Positions 59,420-64,000 of a DNA stretch of 64,000 nt are shown one piece after another. The notes under the pieces were generated by a model. That model was not told the origin of the DNA. It saw nothing but the letters and a program-made list of their open reading frames with translations, and searched no databases. The DNA comes from Candidatus Omnitrophota bacterium (GTDB lineage: Bacteria; Omnitrophota; Gorgyraeia; Duberdicusellales; Duberdicusellaceae), in assembly GCA_021163425.1 (NCBI GenBank), contig JAGGWS010000072.1, forward strand, positions 6,582-70,581, in the 5' to 3' direction. Each line of letters begins with the position of its first letter. The stretch's first letter is position 1. The translations under genes and the position numbers were made by a program.

Positions 59420-59866
59420 ATGAATATTGGAGTAATTGGAGGATATAAGTGTTCTAAGAAGAGTTATCAGCTTGCCTATAATTTAGGCCGGCTTATAGCT
59501 AAAGAGGGCTGGGTGGTAATTTGTGGCGGAGGACTAGGGGTTATGGAAGCTGTTTGTAAGGGAGCGAAAGAAGAAGGAGGCTTAACCTGTGGGATATTAC
59601 CCAGTTATACTGGAGAAGAAGCCAACTCTTATTTAGATATAAAGCTTCCTACGGGTTTAGGATATGCCCGCAATATTTTAATAATAAGGACCTCAGATGT
59701 TTTGATAGCTGTGGATGGTAAATACGGGACTTTATCAGAAATTGCCTTTGCTTTAAATGAGGGAAAACCAGTTTTAGGGATAGATACCTGGGATATAAAG
59801 GGAATAATAAAGGTTAAAGATCCTCAAGAAGCCATAAGAAAAATAAAACATCTAAGATTGATATGA
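59420..59866 (+). CDS. LOG/SLOG family protein (TIGR00725-like)
   Basis: CGGGLGVMEA, GILP, TGLGYARN, GTLSEIA. Confidence 0.9.
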   Translation: MNIGVIGGYKCSKKSYQLAYNLGRLIAKEGWVVICGGGLGVMEAVCKGAKEEGGLTCGILPSYTGEEANSYLDIKLPTGLGYARNILIIRTSDVLIAVDGKYGTLSEIAFALNEGKPVLGIDTWDIKGIIKVKDPQEAIRKIKHLRLI

Positions 59867-60999
59867 AGAAGGCTTGTTTATTATTAGAAGACGGCTTTTA
59901 TCAGGAAGGTTTACCCTTAGGGGCTGAAGGCGAAGTTATTGGCGAAGTAGTTTTTAATACTTCAATGACTGGTTATCAGGAGATTTTAACTGACCCTTCT
60001 TATAAGGGGCAAATTGTTTGTATGACTTATCCTTTAATAGGAAACTACGGAATAAATTCTCAGGATGTAGAATCTTCTCAAATTCAGGTTGAGGGGTTTA
60101 TTATAAAAGAAAAGAGTAAAATTTACTCTAACTGGCGGGCAGAAAAATCCTTAGAAGAATATTTAAGAGAAAATAATATTGTAGGTATTGAGGGCGTAGA
60201 TACCCGGGCAATAACTAAACACTTAAGAGTAAAAGGCTCTATGAAAGGAATAATTTCTACAACCGATTTTAACTCAGAAAGCCTGAAAGAAAAGTTAGAA
60301 AAATTTCCCTCGATAGTAGGTAGAGACCTGGTAAAGAAAGTCTTTAGCAACCAAATTTACGAATGGGAGCAACCCTTAATTTCTGAATTTAATCCCTTAA
60401 TTTCTCCTCAGGGCAAAGTCGTAGTTATAGATTGCGGAGTTAAATTTAGTATATTGAGAAACCTTAAAGTTTATTTTGAGAAAGTAATAGTTATCCCTCC
60501 CACAACTTCTTTAGAGGAAATCTTAGAGTTTGAGCCTCAAGGTATATTATTTTCTGGTGGTCCGGGAGATCCTACCGCTGTTGAATATGTTATAGAGTTA
60601 GCCAAAAAAATAATAGAGAAGTTGGAGAAGAGAGAATTGAGAATAGGAGTTTTAGGGATATCCTTGGGTCATCAGATTCTTGGTTTGGCTTTAGGAGGTA
60701 AGATTTATAAGTTAAAATTTGGCCATCACGGAGGAAGTTATCCGGTAAAGGATTTAGAGACGGCTAAGATTGAGATGACTGTCCAGAACCATCATTTTTG
60801 TGTAGATATAAAGAGTTTACCTACAGATTTAGAGCCAACTTACATAAATCTCTACGATGATACTCTGGAGGGGATGGCTCATAAGAGATTGCCTATATTC
60901 AGTGTCCAGTTTCATCCCCGGACAGAGTTAGGACCTTTTGAGGCTACAGGTATATTTAGTAAGTTTAAAAGAATGATAGAGCTAACTACTTCCTTTTAA
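59863..60999 (+). CDS. carA: Carbamoyl-phosphate synthase small subunit with degenerate glutaminase site
   Basis: [23 protein letters not shown]; GISLGHQ and FHPR replace GICLGHQ and YHPE. Confidence 0.95.
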   Translation: MKKACLLLEDGFYQEGLPLGAEGEVIGEVVFNTSMTGYQEILTDPSYKGQIVCMTYPLIGNYGINSQDVESSQIQVEGFIIKEKSKIYSNWRAEKSLEEYLRENNIVGIEGVDTRAITKHLRVKGSMKGIISTTDFNSESLKEKLEKFPSIVGRDLVKKVFSNQIYEWEQPLISEFNPLISPQGKVVVIDCGVKFSILRNLKVYFEKVIVIPPTTSLEEILEFEPQGILFSGGPGDPTAVEYVIELAKKIIEKLEKRELRIGVLGISLGHQILGLALGGKIYKLKFGHHGGSYPVKDLETAKIEMTVQNHHFCVDIKSLPTDLEPTYINLYDDTLEGMAHKRLPIFSVQFHPRTELGPFEATGIFSKFKRMIELTTSF

Positions 61000-61024
61000 C
61001 CCGAAACTTTGGAGAGTATCCCCA

Positions 61025-64000
61025 ATGCCTAAAAGGACAGATATTGAGAAAATTTTAATCATTGGTTCAGGTCCGATAATTATAGGTCAGGCTTGCGAAT
61101 TTGACTATTCAGGCACTCAGGCCTGCAAAGCCTTAAAAGAAGAGGATTATTTTACGATTCTGGTGAATTCCAATCCGGCTACAATTATGACTGACCCCGA
61201 GATGGCCAGGGTAACCTATATAGAGCCTTTAACTGTGGAGGTATTGACTAAAATAATTGAAAAAGAAAGACCCCAGGCAATCCTTCCCACTTTAGGAGGA
61301 CAGACTGCTCTTAATTTAGCCTATTTCTTAATGAAGGAAGGAGTCTTAGAAAGGTATAATGTAGAATCAATAGGAGCCCCTGTAGAGGCAATCGCTCGGG
61401 CAGAAGATAGAGAGTTATTTAAAAAGTCAATGCAGGAGATTGGGTTAGAAGTTCCTAAGAGTAGTATTGCCACAACTTTCCAAGAAGGTTTAAAAATTGC
61501 TGGAAGTATTGGTTTCCCTGTTATTTTAAGGCCGGGTTATTGTCTGGGTGGCTACGGAGGTTCTGTGGCTTATAATAGAGAGGAGTTAGAATTCCTCTTG
61601 GCCAAAGCCTTAGAGGCCAGTCCAGTTCATCAGGTGTTGATAGAGGAGTCTGTTTTGGGCTGGAAGGAGATTGAGTTTGAAGTAATAAGAGATAGTAAAG
61701 ATAATGTTATAGTGGTGACTTCTATGGAAAATGTTGATCCTATGGGGGTGCATACCGGTGATAGTATTGTAGTTGCTCCTTCCCAGACTTTGACAGCTAG
61801 AGAATATACAACTTTTGTAGAACTTTCCAAAAGAATAATAAGGAAGATTGGGGTAAATGGTGGTGCAAATATTCAGTTTGCTCAAAATCCTTATAATGGA
61901 AGGATTGTGGTTATTGAGGTCAATCCCAGACTTTCCAGGAGTTCAGCTTTAGCTTCTAAAGCCACAGGCTATCCTATAGCCAGGATTGCTACCAAACTGG
62001 CAGTGGGCTATACTTTAGAGGAGATTCCCAATGATATAACCAAAGAGACTCCGGCTTGTTTTGAACCAACTATAGATTACTGTGTGGTGAAAATTCCTCG
62101 CTGGGCCTTTGAGAAGTTTCCTCAGGCTGAGGCCACTCTCACTACTTCTATGAAATCAGTAGGAGAGGTTATGGCTATTGGTCGAACTTTTAAGGAGGCT
62201 CTTCAGAAGGGATTAAGGGGTTTAGAAATTGGGAAGGCAGGTTTAGAATCGGTTATTGATGAGAGAAGATATAAAGTCCACTCCCAGGAAGTAGAGGCAG
62301 AAGTTAAAGCTAAACTCCTTACTCCTAATCCTCAGAGAGTCTTTTATATTGGTGATGCTTTTAGGTTGGGTTTTTCCGTAGAAGAGGTTTACCAACTTAC
62401 TAAGATAGACAGATGGTTTTTAAGTAATATAAAAGAGATAATTGACTTTGAGAATTCTCTTAAACTCTATCGGGGTTTAGACCCCCGCACTTTAAAGAAG
62501 GCTAAAGAATTGGGCTTTTCTGATATTCAGACTGCCAAGTTATTAAATATAAATCCTGCTAAGATTTCTTCTTTTCGGGAGAAGCACTCAATTTCTCCTG
62601 TGTATAAATTTGTAGATACCTGTGCTGGAGAATTTCAAGCTTATACTCCTTATTATTATTCTACTTATGAATACGAAGAAGAAGTTTTCTCTGAGGAAAA
62701 GAAGAAAGTGATTATTTTAGGTGGAGGCCCTAATCGGATTGGTCAAGGGATAGAGTTTGACTACTGTTGTGTTCATGCCTGTTTTGCTTTGAAAGAGGAA
62801 AGCATAGAGTCAATTATGGTAAACTGTAACCCTGAGACAGTTTCTACTGATTACGATACTTCGGACAAACTCTATTTTGAGCCGATAACTTTGGAAGATG
62901 TTTTAAATATTGTAAGAAAGGAAAACCCTTTAGGAGTAATCCTTCAATTTGGAGGCCAGACTCCTCTTAATTTAGCTCTGGGTTTGGAAAGGGCTGGAGT
63001 GAATATTTTGGGAACAAAAGCAAGTTTTATAGATACGGCTGAAGATAGAGAAAAGTTTAAAAAACTCCTCCATAGGTTGGGACTTAAACAGGCGCCTTCA
63101 GGAATAGCCTATTCTTTTTATGAGGCTAAGAAGATTGCTAAGGAATTAGGTTTTCCAGTAATGGTCAGACCTTCTTATGTTTTAGGAGGAAGAGCCATGG
63201 AGATAGTCTATGATGAGGAGGTTTTGGAGAGATTTGTAAGAGAAGCGCTTTTAGCTTCTCCTAATCAACCTATTCTTATTGATAAATTTTTAGAAGATGC
63301 TATTGAGATAGATGTAGATATGATTGGTGATGGAGTAAATTTTGTTATTGGCGGTATTTTAGAGCATATTGAGGAAGCAGGTGTTCACTCCGGAGATTCA
63401 GCAATGTGTCTACCTCCTTATAGTCTGCCTGATTCGATGATAGAAGAAATAAGAAAGGCTACTTATTCCTTGGCTAAGGAGTTGAAAATAGTAGGCCTTA
63501 TGAATATCCAGTATGCAGTAAAAAATGAAGAACTTTTTGTCCTGGAAGTAAACCCTCGGGCTTCAAGGACTATCCCTTTTGTTTCTAAAGCTATAGGAGT
63601 GCCTTTAGCTAAACTGGCTACTAAGGTAATGTTGGGTAGAAGCTTAAAAGATTTAGGTTTTACTGAAGAAGTCATTCCAGCTTATACCTGCGTTAAAGAA
63701 TCAGTCTTTCCTTTTAACCGATTTGCCGGCATAGACATAATATTGGGCCCGGAGATGAAATCTACCGGAGAAGTAATGGGCATAGATGAGAGTTTTGCTA
63801 AGGCTTATCTTAAAAGTCAAATTTCAGCTGGACAATTTCTTCCCAAAAAGGGGAAAGTATTTATCAGCGTGAAGAATAGTGATAAGAGGTCAATTGTTTT
63901 TATTGCCAAGGGGTTAAGGGACTTAGGTTTTGAGATTTTAGCTACTGAAGGCACAGGAAAGGTTTTAAAGAGTAATGGCATTCCTTGTTTAGTTTTACCA
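61025..64000 (+). CDS. carB: Carbamoyl-phosphate synthase large subunit (3'-truncated by window)
   Basis: [61 protein letters not shown]; no stop before window end. Confidence 0.97.
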   Translation, partial: MPKRTDIEKILIIGSGPIIIGQACEFDYSGTQACKALKEEDYFTILVNSNPATIMTDPEMARVTYIEPLTVEVLTKIIEKERPQAILPTLGGQTALNLAYFLMKEGVLERYNVESIGAPVEAIARAEDRELFKKSMQEIGLEVPKSSIATTFQEGLKIAGSIGFPVILRPGYCLGGYGGSVAYNREELEFLLAKALEASPVHQVLIEESVLGWKEIEFEVIRDSKDNVIVVTSMENVDPMGVHTGDSIVVAPSQTLTAREYTTFVELSKRIIRKIGVNGGANIQFAQNPYNGRIVVIEVNPRLSRSSALASKATGYPIARIATKLAVGYTLEEIPNDITKETPACFEPTIDYCVVKIPRWAFEKFPQAEATLTTSMKSVGEVMAIGRTFKEALQKGLRGLEIGKAGLESVIDERRYKVHSQEVEAEVKAKLLTPNPQRVFYIGDAFRLGFSVEEVYQLTKIDRWFLSNIKEIIDFENSLKLYRGLDPRTLKKAKELGFSDIQTAKLLNINPAKISSFREKHSISPVYKFVDTCAGEFQAYTPYYYSTYEYEEEVFSEEKKKVIILGGGPNRIGQGIEFDYCCVHACFALKEESIESIMVNCNPETVSTDYDTSDKLYFEPITLEDVLNIVRKENPLGVILQFGGQTPLNLALGLERAGVNILGTKASFIDTAEDREKFKKLLHRLGLKQAPSGIAYSFYEAKKIAKELGFPVMVRPSYVLGGRAMEIVYDEEVLERFVREALLASPNQPILIDKFLEDAIEIDVDMIGDGVNFVIGGILEHIEEAGVHSGDSAMCLPPYSLPDSMIEEIRKATYSLAKELKIVGLMNIQYAVKNEELFVLEVNPRASRTIPFVSKAIGVPLAKLATKVMLGRSLKDLGFTEEVIPAYTCVKESVFPFNRFAGIDIILGPEMKSTGEVMGIDESFAKAYLKSQISAGQFLPKKGKVFISVKNSDKRSIVFIAKGLRDLGFEILATEGTGKVLKSNGIPCLVLP

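Overview
AT-rich bacterial chromosome segment. Every credible gene (about 65 CDS, 3 tRNAs) lies on the + strand, and the listed minus-strand ORFs look like antisense shadows. Content is core housekeeping: LPS core/Kdo synthesis, metF, an HPS-RraA fusion, uppS-cdsA-dxr-rseP-ispG-(cpaF)-proS-rimP-nusA-infB, trpS-scpA-ruvB, tgt-trmD-rplS-rnhB-yraN, purH-fhs-fchA-folD, hisG, split transketolase, ispE-spoVG-tRNA-Gln-glmU-prs-rplY-pth-rpsF-ssb-rpsR-rplI-dnaB, bamA-skp-lpxD-lpxC/fabZ-lpxA-lpxI, and a PyrR-attenuated pyr/car cluster. Gene order, Zn-ribbon SpoVG, the LpxC-FabZ fusion, a stray CpaF and the one-strand layout suggest an anaerobic diderm of the PVC group, probably Omnitrophota (inference). 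No CRISPR array, prophage, transposase or defence island is visible. Best leads: (1) CarA has lost its glutaminase catalytic residues (Cys to Ser, HPE to HPR), implying an ammonia-dependent CPS; (2) an unannotated, apparently leaderless 50-aa basic ORF behind a near-consensus promoter; (3) a ~130-nt structured RNA candidate abutting tRNA-Gln; (4) active-site substitutions in IspG and Dxr; (5) EndoQ, a degenerate Mut7-C, flavodoxin, a tRNA and a LOG-family gene inserted in the pyr operon. All structures and motifs were read by eye; no searches or folding programs were run.
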